Below are positions 53,310-63,032 of a stretch of DNA of 64,000 bases, piece by piece. Positions within the stretch are counted from its first letter, which is position 1, and each line of letters starts with the position of its first letter. The stretch is from the IMG/VR virus record IMGVR_UViG_3300048591_000212; one strand, 5' to 3'. The stretch comes from a virus. Lineage: Duplodnaviria > Heunggongvirae > Uroviricota > Caudoviricetes. Both the position numbers and the translations under genes were made by a program. The notes beneath the pieces were generated by a model that ran no database searches, was not told the origin of the DNA, and saw only the letters and a program-made list of their open reading frames with translations.

Positions 53310-53911
53310 TCTATTGCCTAAATGTTTTTGATAGAGAGCAGATTCTTCGGGAGAATATTGAGACAATTGTGAAGATGTTGAATCCAGAGTTCATCTTCGT
53401 CTCCTCGAATGGTCTGAAGGATTTCTCCTGTGAATATCCACGGGTTCATTTTAGGAACTTCGGTCCCAATCAGGGTTGGCAACTTGGTGCCCTGAATGGT
53501 ATGCTGGACTCGCTTCGATTTGCTTGTGAGACAATTTCGAATATTGAGGATCATGTGGTCATTTTTTCGCATGATGATATTCTTCCTTGCAATGAGGCCG
53601 AGATTGATTATCTCTGCGGAATGATTGAACCTGAAGGATTTTTTGATATGGTTGCTCGGCATTATGTGCCAGATAACTATACAATGATAGAAAATTTGAT
53701 TATGTCTGGAAGAATGGTGAAGGCGTGTTTTTCAAATATTGAATTAATCAACCAAAACGATTTTGGTTCCAATGGTGCCGAAAGATGGTTTACTAATTTT
53801 ATCGGAAGTTCAGAAATCGAGTTTAAGTCGATACTATTGGGATTCCAGAAGAACTTTGATATGAGAGAAAATGAAATGGGGTTTATTCACAAACATGAAC
53901 ATAGTAAATGA
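53306..53911 (+). CDS. glycosyltransferase-like protein (GT-A-like, tentative)
   Basis: NQGWQLGA..VIFSHDDI (DxD-like)..AERW. Confidence 0.5.
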   Translation: MIYCLNVFDREQILRENIETIVKMLNPEFIFVSSNGLKDFSCEYPRVHFRNFGPNQGWQLGALNGMLDSLRFACETISNIEDHVVIFSHDDILPCNEAEIDYLCGMIEPEGFFDMVARHYVPDNYTMIENLIMSGRMVKACFSNIELINQNDFGSNGAERWFTNFIGSSEIEFKSILLGFQKNFDMRENEMGFIHKHEHSK

Positions 53912-53980
53912 TAATCTACAAAACATGAACATAGTAAATGATAATCTACAAAACATGAACATAGTAAATTATTATCTACA
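53891..53980. repeat. 30-bp tandem triplication at a gene junction
   Basis: aaacatgaacatagtaaatgataatctaca x3; the third copy has 2 changes. Confidence 0.95.
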
Positions 53981-54596
53981 GTTATTGGACATAAACGGCT
54001 TTGATAAGCCGAGCGGGACCGACAAGGCCACAGAACATTCCTACGACGAGTTTTATAGTAATGAATTATTTGATGGGGACCGCCGCAGAATTGATAGGCC
54101 AAACATATTGGAAATTGGGTCATACACTGGCGGGTCAATTATGCTGTGGACGATTCTTCTTAATCCAGCTAGATTGGTCAGTATAGACATTCAGGACAAT
54201 ATTAATGGGACTTTGGACGCCTTCATCAAACATAACGAAAAATGTCACTTTGATTTCATCATCGATGATGCCTATAGTCTTAGAAACAATACAAAGGAAC
54301 TGCTTTTGGATATTCAGGACAATCATGGAGGATTCGATTATATTTTTGAAGACGGTAGTCATGAATTCTTTCATCAGATGTATGTTCTTAGGCATTATTC
54401 GGATTTGTTGTCCAGAAATATCGGGGCTGCTCTGTATATAGAGGATATTCAGTCCATCGAAAACGCCGAAAGATTGGCGAATGTCTATTCCTCAAGTGAG
54501 TTTCTGAGAACAAATTTTGACCTCGCCATTTATGACTTTAGGCACATCAAAGGTCGGTATGATGACATTATTGTGAAGGTGTCCAGAAAACAATAA
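53895..54596 (+). CDS. class I SAM methyltransferase (sugar O-methyltransferase-like)
   Basis: GTDKATEHSYDEFY..ILEIGSYTGGS..SIDI..FDYIFEDGSH..IEDI. Confidence 0.8.
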   Translation: MNIVNDNLQNMNIVNDNLQNMNIVNYYLQLLDINGFDKPSGTDKATEHSYDEFYSNELFDGDRRRIDRPNILEIGSYTGGSIMLWTILLNPARLVSIDIQDNINGTLDAFIKHNEKCHFDFIIDDAYSLRNNTKELLLDIQDNHGGFDYIFEDGSHEFFHQMYVLRHYSDLLSRNIGAALYIEDIQSIENAERLANVYSSSEFLRTNFDLAIYDFRHIKGRYDDIIVKVSRKQ

Positions 54597-54597
54597 A

Positions 54598-55353
54598 ATG
54601 AAATTACTAGATAGAGTTCTATTCTTTAAGGAATTTGATGTATTCGAATTGCGTCTTGGAATTCTATATGATCATGTTGAGCGGTTCGTTGTAATAGAGT
54701 CTGATGTGACTTTTTCTGGAAAACCAAAGCCGTTCTATTTCACCGAAAATAGAAAACAATTTCTGGACCCGCAGCACAAAATTTGGGTATATAGAAATCA
54801 TCGCGCCCACTGCTTTGAGTTCGATCCTTGGAAAGAAGAGGCCGCCCAGAGAAATTATGATCAGGTCTATTATGGGGACGGAGATTTTGTTCTTATGTCA
54901 GACGTGGACGAAATTCCGAATCCAGATGAATTTCATAATCTGAAGTCGGGTGACTTGAATATTTTTGAGCAGAAGATTTATTACTATACAATTAATAACA
55001 GAATAAGAAATCTTCCGTGGCTCGGAACGCGGGCAGTAGACGTGAGTTCGTTTTCTCAGACTCCACAAGAATATCGGGACCAGAGAGGAGGAAACATCAT
55101 CAAAAACGGTGGCTGGCACTTTTCCTATCTTGGGGATAGTGACCTCATGAAAGAGAAAGTCGAAGCCTTTTCCCATCAGGAATATAATGATGAATATCAT
55201 AAAGGCCGAATTGCCGAACGAGTTCTAAATAATCAGGATCTCTTTGGAAGAGATGGCATCGAATTTGAACGGGAAGAGATCAATTCGGATAATTATCCGA
55301 AATATGTTTTGGAGAATATTGAGACATTATGCAAAAAGTCACTTGTGTACTGA
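54598..55353 (+). CDS. GT17-like N-acetylglucosaminyltransferase
   Basis: FFKEFDVFELRL..FVVIES..TFSGKPKP..E..QRN..MSDVDEIP..GGWHFSY..K..AFSHQEYN. Confidence 0.85.
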   Translation: MKLLDRVLFFKEFDVFELRLGILYDHVERFVVIESDVTFSGKPKPFYFTENRKQFLDPQHKIWVYRNHRAHCFEFDPWKEEAAQRNYDQVYYGDGDFVLMSDVDEIPNPDEFHNLKSGDLNIFEQKIYYYTINNRIRNLPWLGTRAVDVSSFSQTPQEYRDQRGGNIIKNGGWHFSYLGDSDLMKEKVEAFSHQEYNDEYHKGRIAERVLNNQDLFGRDGIEFEREEINSDNYPKYVLENIETLCKKSLVY

Positions 55354-56072
55354 ACGGCTATAGAAGACCTGAAAGATTGGTCGAACAGTATCATGCTGTC
55401 GTGGAGCAGTCCAATGTCAACGTTCAGGTAATGTACTGGCAGAACACAATGCCGGAAGTAAATTACTGTGCTCCCATTCACGGATTTCCTAACACAACCA
55501 CGGCAGTATCGAACAGAAATCTCGGTGTCTGGGCTAGATTCTATTATGCTCTGAATGCAAAGACGGATTGGATTTGTGTATTTGATGACGACACAATTCC
55601 CGGCCCGCTGTGGCTTCGAAATTGTCTCGATACTCACAAGACTCATGAAGGTCTTTTGGGTACGATTGGTGTGATCATTCCGCCAAATGGACGTTATCAT
55701 AATGTCATGAGATATGGTTGGGATGGTCCGAACGAGGTAGCAACACCAGTAGATTTTGTCGGGCACGCTTGGTTCTTTCATCGGGATTTGTTGTCGGTAT
55801 TCTGTAGAGAATTGCCTCCGATTGATCATGTCATGACAGTTGGGGAAGATATTCATTTCTCTCACATGATTCAAAAGTATACCGACTTAGGAACCTTTGT
55901 TCCTCCACATCCAAGAAATAACAAAGACCTGTGGGGATCTCTTTATGGTTGGCAGTTTGGAGATGACGGAAAGGCTACGGCATCCACAAACATGCCGCAC
56001 ATGGATTCCTTTCTTCAGAGAAAAATATCGGAAGGTTTTAGATTAATCTATGATGATGAAAGGAATATTTAA
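55329..56072 (+). CDS. GT-A glycosyltransferase
   Basis: VLNGYRRP..NLGVWARF..ICVFDDDTIPG..VDFVGHAWF..GEDIHFS. Confidence 0.8.
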   Translation: MQKVTCVLNGYRRPERLVEQYHAVVEQSNVNVQVMYWQNTMPEVNYCAPIHGFPNTTTAVSNRNLGVWARFYYALNAKTDWICVFDDDTIPGPLWLRNCLDTHKTHEGLLGTIGVIIPPNGRYHNVMRYGWDGPNEVATPVDFVGHAWFFHRDLLSVFCRELPPIDHVMTVGEDIHFSHMIQKYTDLGTFVPPHPRNNKDLWGSLYGWQFGDDGKATASTNMPHMDSFLQRKISEGFRLIYDDERNI

Positions 56073-56662
56073 TGATGCTTAAAGTGAACCCAAATTTTAA
56101 TTACACTGGTTGGGAATTAGCTCCCGATTGTTTGATGGCTGTTCAGGATATTATCTGTGATCATTATTCACATTTTGATCGAAGCGGAGAAAACAATTTT
56201 CATATTCTCGAATTTGGTTCCGGTAAGTCCACACAGTTCTTTGCTGATTTTTTGAATACAAATAAGGAAGAAGGATTTTTGAGTTCGTATAGTAATATTC
56301 TTTCTTTCGATGCTGATCCGAAGTTTGCTCACCCAGATGCCAAGATAGTTCCTCTACGAGAATATCCAAAAGAGATCTTCGGAGAGAATTTTCATTTTTA
56401 TGATATTCGAAGAATTGATGACTATCGCTCCAGTCGAGAGAACTTTGATTTGGTGATTGTTGACGGTCATGATGGGCCGGGAAGATCGATGGCCTTTTCT
56501 ATGATGTATAGAAACGTGTACCATTGTGGAACGATTGTTGTCATTGATGACTACGATCATTATCCTTTCGAAAGAGATTTTCTTATGGTATATCCAAATT
56601 CAAAATTGTTGGAGAGACGGTGGGAGAATAATAATAGGTGGTTGATATATGAAATTAAGTGA
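56072..56662 (+). CDS. class I SAM methyltransferase
   Basis: ILEFGSGKST..FDLVIVDG..VVIDD. Confidence 0.75.
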   Translation: MMLKVNPNFNYTGWELAPDCLMAVQDIICDHYSHFDRSGENNFHILEFGSGKSTQFFADFLNTNKEEGFLSSYSNILSFDADPKFAHPDAKIVPLREYPKEIFGENFHFYDIRRIDDYRSSRENFDLVIVDGHDGPGRSMAFSMMYRNVYHCGTIVVIDDYDHYPFERDFLMVYPNSKLLERRWENNNRWLIYEIK

Positions 56663-57380
56663 GCAGACATTTATTGGAGAATTTAACAAATTTCTGAATA
56701 AGGTGAGAGAGGGAACCAACTTCGCCTTAGTTCGATTTGGTGATGGAGAAATGAGAGCCATGAACGGAGAACACTTTGTTTCTGGAAATGGTGAATGGAA
56801 AACTGAACCAATCATTACGAACACTGTTGTTAATTTATTGAAACAATCATTTACATACAAAGACTATGAATATTACGTTGGTATAGTTTGCCCCTGTTGT
56901 CAGGGTCGAGAAAATTTTATTAAAATGGCAGATGGATGCGATCAAGAGCAAGATAATCTGACCTTTGCGAATGTGTTCGTAAATTCAAACTGGAAGCATT
57001 TCAGAGATCATTTTCTTCCACTACTGAAAAATAAAAAAGTTGTTTTGGTCGCACACAAAAATTCTGTTCCTAATTTAACCAATCTTCCTTTAGATGGAAT
57101 TTATTTACAAACAGAAGATAATGCGTGGGTTGAAGATTTTCCTTTTCTTCTGAACGAATTATTAGAACACGCCAAAGAAGATAATCAAATTTTTCTGATT
57201 TCCGCTGGACCTTATGCGAATATTCTAGTGAATCAATTGTGGCAATTTAATAAAAATAATACATATATTGATGTTGGTTCTGCTTTAAGTTATTGGTTGA
57301 AGTCGGACTTTCATAATCCAAGAGGATTCTATACAGAAGGATCTTACCATTACAATCTTGAATGTAAGTGGGGAGTATAA
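56649..57380 (+). CDS. GT-D-fold-like glycosyltransferase
   Basis: FALVRFGDGE..FANVFVNSN..LISAGP..YIDVGS. Confidence 0.7.
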   Translation: MKLSEQTFIGEFNKFLNKVREGTNFALVRFGDGEMRAMNGEHFVSGNGEWKTEPIITNTVVNLLKQSFTYKDYEYYVGIVCPCCQGRENFIKMADGCDQEQDNLTFANVFVNSNWKHFRDHFLPLLKNKKVVLVAHKNSVPNLTNLPLDGIYLQTEDNAWVEDFPFLLNELLEHAKEDNQIFLISAGPYANILVNQLWQFNKNNTYIDVGSALSYWLKSDFHNPRGFYTEGSYHYNLECKWGV

Positions 57381-57701
57381 ATGAAAAATATGAAAGCCAC
57401 TCCATGCGATGAATGTGGTTCTTATTTTCATTCTGAGATAGTTCCGTGTCGCAAATGCGGAGCTTTTAGAAACAACAAAAATAATGGGGATCAAATGAAA
57501 ATTGAACACATGAGCATCAAACCGATTGCCGGAAGACAGCTTGCTCCGGGTTGGACACTAGAAGTGAATAATATTGATCTTGAAGAATTTGAGCGACAGT
57601 GTAATGAGCTTAATGAGAAGCTAGGAATAGTTCCTTGTAGTATATGTAATTCATTTATTCACTCTTCGGAATCCCATATTTCACTGATAGAGGGAGAATA
57701 A
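57381..57701 (+). CDS. hypothetical protein with Zn-ribbon motifs
   Basis: CDECG..CRKCG; C-terminal CSICN..H. Confidence 0.55.
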   Translation: MKNMKATPCDECGSYFHSEIVPCRKCGAFRNNKNNGDQMKIEHMSIKPIAGRQLAPGWTLEVNNIDLEEFERQCNELNEKLGIVPCSICNSFIHSSESHISLIEGE

Positions 57702-57702
57702 A

Positions 57703-57954
57703 ATGTTTATCAAACCCGCATACCCACCTGATGCAAAATTCGTTCCGGTGAAATATAGATTTCGTTCTCCCTGTCGGCTAAGAATAGATGGCGTTTTACA
57801 TGGATTTGGTATCGGAGAAACCATAGACGTGATGATGCCAAGTCCTATATATCTGGTATGTACTTATGAACCTTGGGACAAAATTATGATGGCAGACGGA
57901 AGATGTATTGAAGTTCCAGATAATTATGAAGAATTTGATATTAGGAGAGCATGA
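57703..57954 (+). CDS. hypothetical protein
   Basis: 83 aa, SD gggag. Confidence 0.55.
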   Translation: MFIKPAYPPDAKFVPVKYRFRSPCRLRIDGVLHGFGIGETIDVMMPSPIYLVCTYEPWDKIMMADGRCIEVPDNYEEFDIRRA

Positions 57955-58895
57955 GAATGAAAAGAGTTGTATTCTTTACTGAACCTGAGTGGGCCTTCGG
58001 ACAGATTCATTTTTCTTTAATGAAGTATCTGTTCGCACATGGAATTTCCTGTGAGGTTCTGAATTTCTTCAAACAGTACGAAAAGGAAGAAATGAGAAGA
58101 ATCGCTGCCAATACGGATCTGTTCATCACAACTCCAGTTGGGGCGGCATGGCTGGTTAGCTATGGCGTCTCGATGTTTCAGATTCGGTGTGTCATTCATG
58201 CGAAGTGGGATCATTACTTGGGACATAAAATGTTCAGTGATTGGGGTTGTGAAGATTATACTAAATTACAATACATGCCAGTGGCAACAGTCTCGGAATA
58301 TCTTCGGGACGAATTGTTCGGAAAAGATTCAAATATTCCTGTTCTTAATTTAGGTGTGGAGAAAGATAGATATCAATCAATTCCTGCAACGGCCTCTGAA
58401 AAAGTAAGTCGTGTTGGTTATGCTGGATCGATGGAGTCGCATAATTTCTTCGGTGAGGAGATTAAAAGGGGAAGATTAGTAAAAGAAGTTTGTGATGAAT
58501 TGGGCCTCGAATTTGTAACACCGGGAGGAAAATACCATTATCTTTCTATGCCTGAATTCTATAAAGACATAGATTGTCTGGTTGTGTCCTCATTAGAGGA
58601 AGGTTTCGGTTTACCAATTCTTGAGGCGGGAATGATGGGAAAGATGGTTATGGGTACAAATGTTGGAATAATGTATGATTTATTTAAAGGATTAAAAACT
58701 GGACCAGTTCCATGCACACTTTTGGAAGTTGAGGAGAAATTGTTTCTACGGGATCTGAGAAAGAATTTGATGGAATTTAAAGAAATTTCTGTGGTAAATA
58801 GATTGGAACATTGTTCTTACACGAGATGGTTTTTTGAAAACGCCTTTGATTGGCCTCATGTAATCGAACCTTGGGTGAAGTTTATTATGTCATAA
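57951..58895 (+). CDS. GT-B (GT4-like) glycosyltransferase
   Basis: VGYAG..KRG..MPEFYKDID..VVSS..EGFGLPILEA..G..V..TNVG. Confidence 0.88.
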   Translation: MRMKRVVFFTEPEWAFGQIHFSLMKYLFAHGISCEVLNFFKQYEKEEMRRIAANTDLFITTPVGAAWLVSYGVSMFQIRCVIHAKWDHYLGHKMFSDWGCEDYTKLQYMPVATVSEYLRDELFGKDSNIPVLNLGVEKDRYQSIPATASEKVSRVGYAGSMESHNFFGEEIKRGRLVKEVCDELGLEFVTPGGKYHYLSMPEFYKDIDCLVVSSLEEGFGLPILEAGMMGKMVMGTNVGIMYDLFKGLKTGPVPCTLLEVEEKLFLRDLRKNLMEFKEISVVNRLEHCSYTRWFFENAFDWPHVIEPWVKFIMS

Positions 58896-58906
58896 ATACA
58901 TAATAC

Positions 58907-59134
58907 ATGGCTACAGAAGAAAAAGACTTTCTATTAGTAAACGCTGAAGAAGATCGGATCGATGTTCTGACAGAGATGGATTTTGGTGAAAAAAGAATCA
59001 TTAATCTAGCAGATCCAATCAATGAACAGGACGCAGCCACGAAAAAATATGTAGATGAAAATGGTGGAGGCGGCGGTTCCTCTATTGATATCAAAAAGGC
59101 TATGGCCTATTCCTTTATATTTGGAGCAAGATAA
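58907..59134 (+). CDS. small tail-fibre-associated protein
   Basis: RIINLADPINEQDAATKKYVD fibre motif; cataaata 9 nt upstream. Confidence 0.65.
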   Translation: MATEEKDFLLVNAEEDRIDVLTEMDFGEKRIINLADPINEQDAATKKYVDENGGGGGSSIDIKKAMAYSFIFGAR

Positions 59135-60907
59135 ATGTTTTTAACAGAAGTCATTGAAGTTACCACAGGCGATACTCTCATTTATACTTGTCCTTTAGCG
59201 AACGAAGGATCAACTCATTCACTTATTTTTTCCAATAAACATACCTCTTCGGCTTCAACTCTTACAATCAAATTCCAGAAAAATGGTTCGCCATCCGCTA
59301 AGGTTTTTTCGATAACTGATATTGATGCAAAGAAATCTTTAGTATGGGATAAGCCGATCAATCTTTCGGCTGGTGATAAGATATATGCCTCCGCATCGGA
59401 CACAAATATTGTCGCAATTCATTCCACATTTATAGATACAACAAATCCTACAAGACAGGGATTTACCGGAAAAGGCGAATGGTCTGGACTGACTTCTTAT
59501 GATGTGAATGATGTGGTGTATTATTCTGGTTCTGGTTATTTGTGTATAGAAGCGAATTTAAATCAAACTCCGAATACTCCGTCTTCTATCTATTGGATGA
59601 AGATTATTGATTTTGTTTTAATTGGTGCAACTGGCGTTTCTGGTACAATGGGTGCAACTGGTCTAACAGGAGCAACTGGAGTTCAGGGCGTTCCGGGTGA
59701 TCCGGGTGGCCCTATTGGAGCCACAGGATTTACCGGAGCCACAGGATTAATTGGGTCAACTGGCTTTACTGGTGCTACAGGAGCAGGATTTACTGGCTCA
59801 ACGGGACCAATCGGATTAATTGGTGCGACTGGTTTTACGGGCGCGACTGGTTTTGGTTTTCAGGGAGCAACTGGTATTGGAGCAACTGGAGCAACTGGTA
59901 TTCAAGGAAATCAGGGATCAACTGGATTTACTGGAGCTACTGGTATTGGAGCAACTGGAGCTACCGGACCACAAGGCATTCAAGGTTTTACTGGAGCTAC
60001 TGGAATAGGAGCCACAGGCGCAACCGGACCAACTGGACCACAGGGAAATCAGGGTGCTACCGGATTCACTGGAGCTACTGGTATTCAAGGAACTCAAGGA
60101 ACTCAAGGATTTATTGGAGCTACGGGTATTCAAGGAAATCAAGGCGCAACTGGTTTTACTGGTGCTACTGGTGTTCAAGGAATTCAAGGATTTATTGGAG
60201 CCACTGGTATTCAAGGTTTCAGCGGAGCTACGGGAATAGGAGCCACCGGAGCTACAGGAATTCAAGGTATTCAAGGATTTGATGGAGCTACTGGTATTGG
60301 ATTTACTGGTGCTACAGGACCACAAGGTATTCAGGGTATTCAGGGAAATCAGGGTGCTACCGGATTCACTGGCTCTACAGGCCCGCAAGGTATTCAAGGA
60401 GTTCAGGGATTTACTGGAGCTACGGGTATTCAGGGTGTCACTGGTCTAACTGGTGCTACTGGTGTTCAAGGACCAATAGGCGCAACCGGAACTCAGCCGT
60501 GGAATATTTCTGGCTCTGATATCAATTACACTGATGGAAAAGTTGGTATAGGTGCAACTGGTCCCATTACGACAATCGATCTTTCTGGAAACTATTCTCA
60601 GTATGTTTCTTCAATTTCTGGAGCAACGGGGTTGGCTACGGTCAATTGTTCTCTTTCCAATTATTACATCATTACAGTAAATGGAAATATTGAATTTGCT
60701 TTTGGAACTGTTCCTGATGGCAGAGTGTTTTACTTCATGTTAGAAGTTACTCATACTTCAGGAACGATCACATGGCCTAATTCTGTTAAATGGCCTTCCG
60801 ATACAGCACCATCAGTAACAACCGGAAAGACTCATATATTCTCATTCGTTACTGATGATGGTGGTTCAAGATGGCGTGGAGCGGTAAGCAAAGATTATGT
60901 TAATTAA
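59135..60907 (+). CDS. collagen-like tail fibre
   Basis: [17 protein letters not shown] sugar-binding-like motif; long G-X-Y tract; C-terminal ITWP.SVKWP..TAP..T.GK..IF.F.T.DGG..W. Confidence 0.85.
   Translation: MFLTEVIEVTTGDTLIYTCPLANEGSTHSLIFSNKHTSSASTLTIKFQKNGSPSAKVFSITDIDAKKSLVWDKPINLSAGDKIYASASDTNIVAIHSTFIDTTNPTRQGFTGKGEWSGLTSYDVNDVVYYSGSGYLCIEANLNQTPNTPSSIYWMKIIDFVLIGATGVSGTMGATGLTGATGVQGVPGDPGGPIGATGFTGATGLIGSTGFTGATGAGFTGSTGPIGLIGATGFTGATGFGFQGATGIGATGATGIQGNQGSTGFTGATGIGATGATGPQGIQGFTGATGIGATGATGPTGPQGNQGATGFTGATGIQGTQGTQGFIGATGIQGNQGATGFTGATGVQGIQGFIGATGIQGFSGATGIGATGATGIQGIQGFDGATGIGFTGATGPQGIQGIQGNQGATGFTGSTGPQGIQGVQGFTGATGIQGVTGLTGATGVQGPIGATGTQPWNISGSDINYTDGKVGIGATGPITTIDLSGNYSQYVSSISGATGLATVNCSLSNYYIITVNGNIEFAFGTVPDGRVFYFMLEVTHTSGTITWPNSVKWPSDTAPSVTTGKTHIFSFVTDDGGSRWRGAVSKDYVN
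59624..60492 (+). repeat. Gly-X-Y collagen repeat rich in G-A-T
   Basis: GATG/GFTG/GIQG triplets with G-x-G interruptions. Confidence 0.9.
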
Positions 60908-61955
60908 TTTGTTTCCATTTCTGCATTCACAACTTCCTCCATTAGTTCCGGGGTATTCTTTTTATAGATCTATAACAATAGACTCCACTAATATAGGAAG
61001 CACCTTAACGGATTTCCCAATATTGGTTGCCGGAACATTTACATATTTGAGAACTGTTGCTAATGGTGGAAAGGTACAAAATGCTAGTGGGTTTGATATA
61101 GCATTTTATGATGGTGATGGTGTTCAGTTGAGTCATGAAACAGAAAGATGGATTGACACATCTGGTGAAGTGGTTTATTGGGTAAAGGTTCCATCAATTT
61201 CACATATAACGGATACCATTATCTATATGGTCTATGGTAACAGTTCTATTTCCGTAGATCAATCAAACAAGGCTGATGTGTGGTCGAATGGTTTTATTTG
61301 TGTTTATCATCTTCCTGACGGAACAACATTATCTGCTACTGATTCATTAGGGACTTATGATGGCACAATAACAGGTGTTTCGGCTGCTTCTGGTAAGTAT
61401 GGTGGTGGTGGTAGTTGGGCGGGTGGGGCTTCAACTAATAGAATTACGAGATCATCGGTTCCAGCATCAGGAACAATAAGAGTAAGATCGGCATGGATAT
61501 ACTTGGATTCTGTTGATTCAACGACACGAAGACTATATGAATTGGGTGGTACAAATTTTAGAGATGCTACTCAAATATCTACTGCTGGAATAGATATTGG
61601 TATTCAGTGGACAAATGTTCCATTATTTTCAACCACAACAGTTCCCGCAACCGGAACATGGCATCATTTCATGGTGACTTATGATGGAACATCAACGGCA
61701 AATTATCCGGCTATGTATTATAATGGTGTCGCTCAGACAGTAACAAGAAATCTTACGCCTTCTGGAACACTAGCAACAACAACACAAAGTCTATATATGG
61801 GAAACAGACCAGATAATGCCAGATGCTTCAGTGGCGATATTGATGAGTTCAGAGTGGCAAACGTCATGAGATCTGCTGATTGGGCGTATGCTGAATATGT
61901 GAATCAGGACAATCCAGCCAATTTCTATACGATAAGCGACGAGGTAGCACAATAA
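60897..61955 (+). CDS. DUF2341-like plus LamG/concanavalin-like adhesin
   Basis: [26 protein letters not shown]; C-terminal [19 protein letters not shown]...RSADW...EY.NQ. Confidence 0.85.
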   Translation: MLINLFPFLHSQLPPLVPGYSFYRSITIDSTNIGSTLTDFPILVAGTFTYLRTVANGGKVQNASGFDIAFYDGDGVQLSHETERWIDTSGEVVYWVKVPSISHITDTIIYMVYGNSSISVDQSNKADVWSNGFICVYHLPDGTTLSATDSLGTYDGTITGVSAASGKYGGGGSWAGGASTNRITRSSVPASGTIRVRSAWIYLDSVDSTTRRLYELGGTNFRDATQISTAGIDIGIQWTNVPLFSTTTVPATGTWHHFMVTYDGTSTANYPAMYYNGVAQTVTRNLTPSGTLATTTQSLYMGNRPDNARCFSGDIDEFRVANVMRSADWAYAEYVNQDNPANFYTISDEVAQ

Positions 61956-62585
61956 ATGCAATATCTATACACAGATGGTTCAAGACTTTCAATTTCATAC
62001 AACCAAGTCAGACAAGAAAATAAGAATATTTCTTTTCCTATTGGTGAATATCCTATCATAAATGGCTATACCAGATACAGAATTACAGAAAAACCACAAA
62101 CAGGTATTTTAGAATCTTGCGTCGAGATCGAGCCGGAATTTGACGGACAAGAATATATTCAGAGATGGTCTGTGGTTCCTCTTCCTGAAGAAGAAATGAT
62201 TTCAATATTTGAAAGTGAAAAAGAAAATCTAAAGAATATTCTTACAGAAAAAAGAAGAGAAGTTGAAGAAGGCGGCACCACTGTAGTAGTAAACCAGTTT
62301 CTTTCCTTCAATGTTTCCACTGACAGCAAAAGTCAAAACAAATTATTGGGTGTCTTTGTTATGGCAATGCAGAATCCACAGTATACAGTTAACTGGAAAA
62401 TGTCAAATGGAAGATTTGTGTCGCTAAATGCAGCGATGATCGGACACATTTCCACCACAGTTCGTAATCATATTCAAAAATGTTTCGATAGGGAAGCCGT
62501 TCTTCTTCAACAAATCAATGAACTTCAAACCTTTGAAGAATTAAATTTATTAAAACAAGAAATAGAGCTATTTGAAATTACATAA
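61956..62585 (+). CDS. tail-fibre assembly-like protein (DUF4376-like C-terminus)
   Basis: KRREVEEGG..STD..SQ.KL..NWK..NG.FV.L....I......V..HIQ.CF.RE..L. Confidence 0.75.
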   Translation: MQYLYTDGSRLSISYNQVRQENKNISFPIGEYPIINGYTRYRITEKPQTGILESCVEIEPEFDGQEYIQRWSVVPLPEEEMISIFESEKENLKNILTEKRREVEEGGTTVVVNQFLSFNVSTDSKSQNKLLGVFVMAMQNPQYTVNWKMSNGRFVSLNAAMIGHISTTVRNHIQKCFDREAVLLQQINELQTFEELNLLKQEIELFEIT

Positions 62586-62594
62586 ATACTATGT

Positions 62595-63032
62595 ATGGTA
62601 AACGATAAACTTGACGAAATTTTTGATATAGAACCAATCTCAGAAACAAAGGACGCAGAATTAATAACTTACGAACCACAACAGGTTCCTGATCCAATTT
62701 CTTCTGAAGAAAAACTGAATCAGGACATTGATAATGTTCGTGAGACACAGTATCATTTAATGAAAGTTGGGAAAGAAGTTCTGGATGATCTTGTCGTTGT
62801 GGCGAGGCAGTCTGAGTCCGCAAGAGCCTATGAAGTTTTAGCTGGTCTAATCAAAACCACATCCGAAGTTGCACAGTCCTTAGCCGATACCTCCATAGAA
62901 AGACATAAGACTTTAGCCGTCAAGGAAAAGAAATCTGAAGGTGATACTGTCACAAATAATATTCTGTTTACTGGATCTACGGCAGAGCTACAAAAATTCC
63001 TAAAACAAAAAAGAGAGGAAGTGAATGATTAA
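62595..63032 (+). CDS. gp16: terminase small subunit gp16
   Basis: LDEIFDI..SESARAYEVLAGLIKT.SE..VTNNILFTGSTAELQKFLK. Confidence 0.88.
   Translation: MVNDKLDEIFDIEPISETKDAELITYEPQQVPDPISSEEKLNQDIDNVRETQYHLMKVGKEVLDDLVVVARQSESARAYEVLAGLIKTTSEVAQSLADTSIERHKTLAVKEKKSEGDTVTNNILFTGSTAELQKFLKQKREEVND

Noticed and set aside
59820-60397. Ser-rich and Leu-rich ORFs over the collagen gene
   Set aside because: Alternate-frame and antisense products of the Gly-X-Y repeat.
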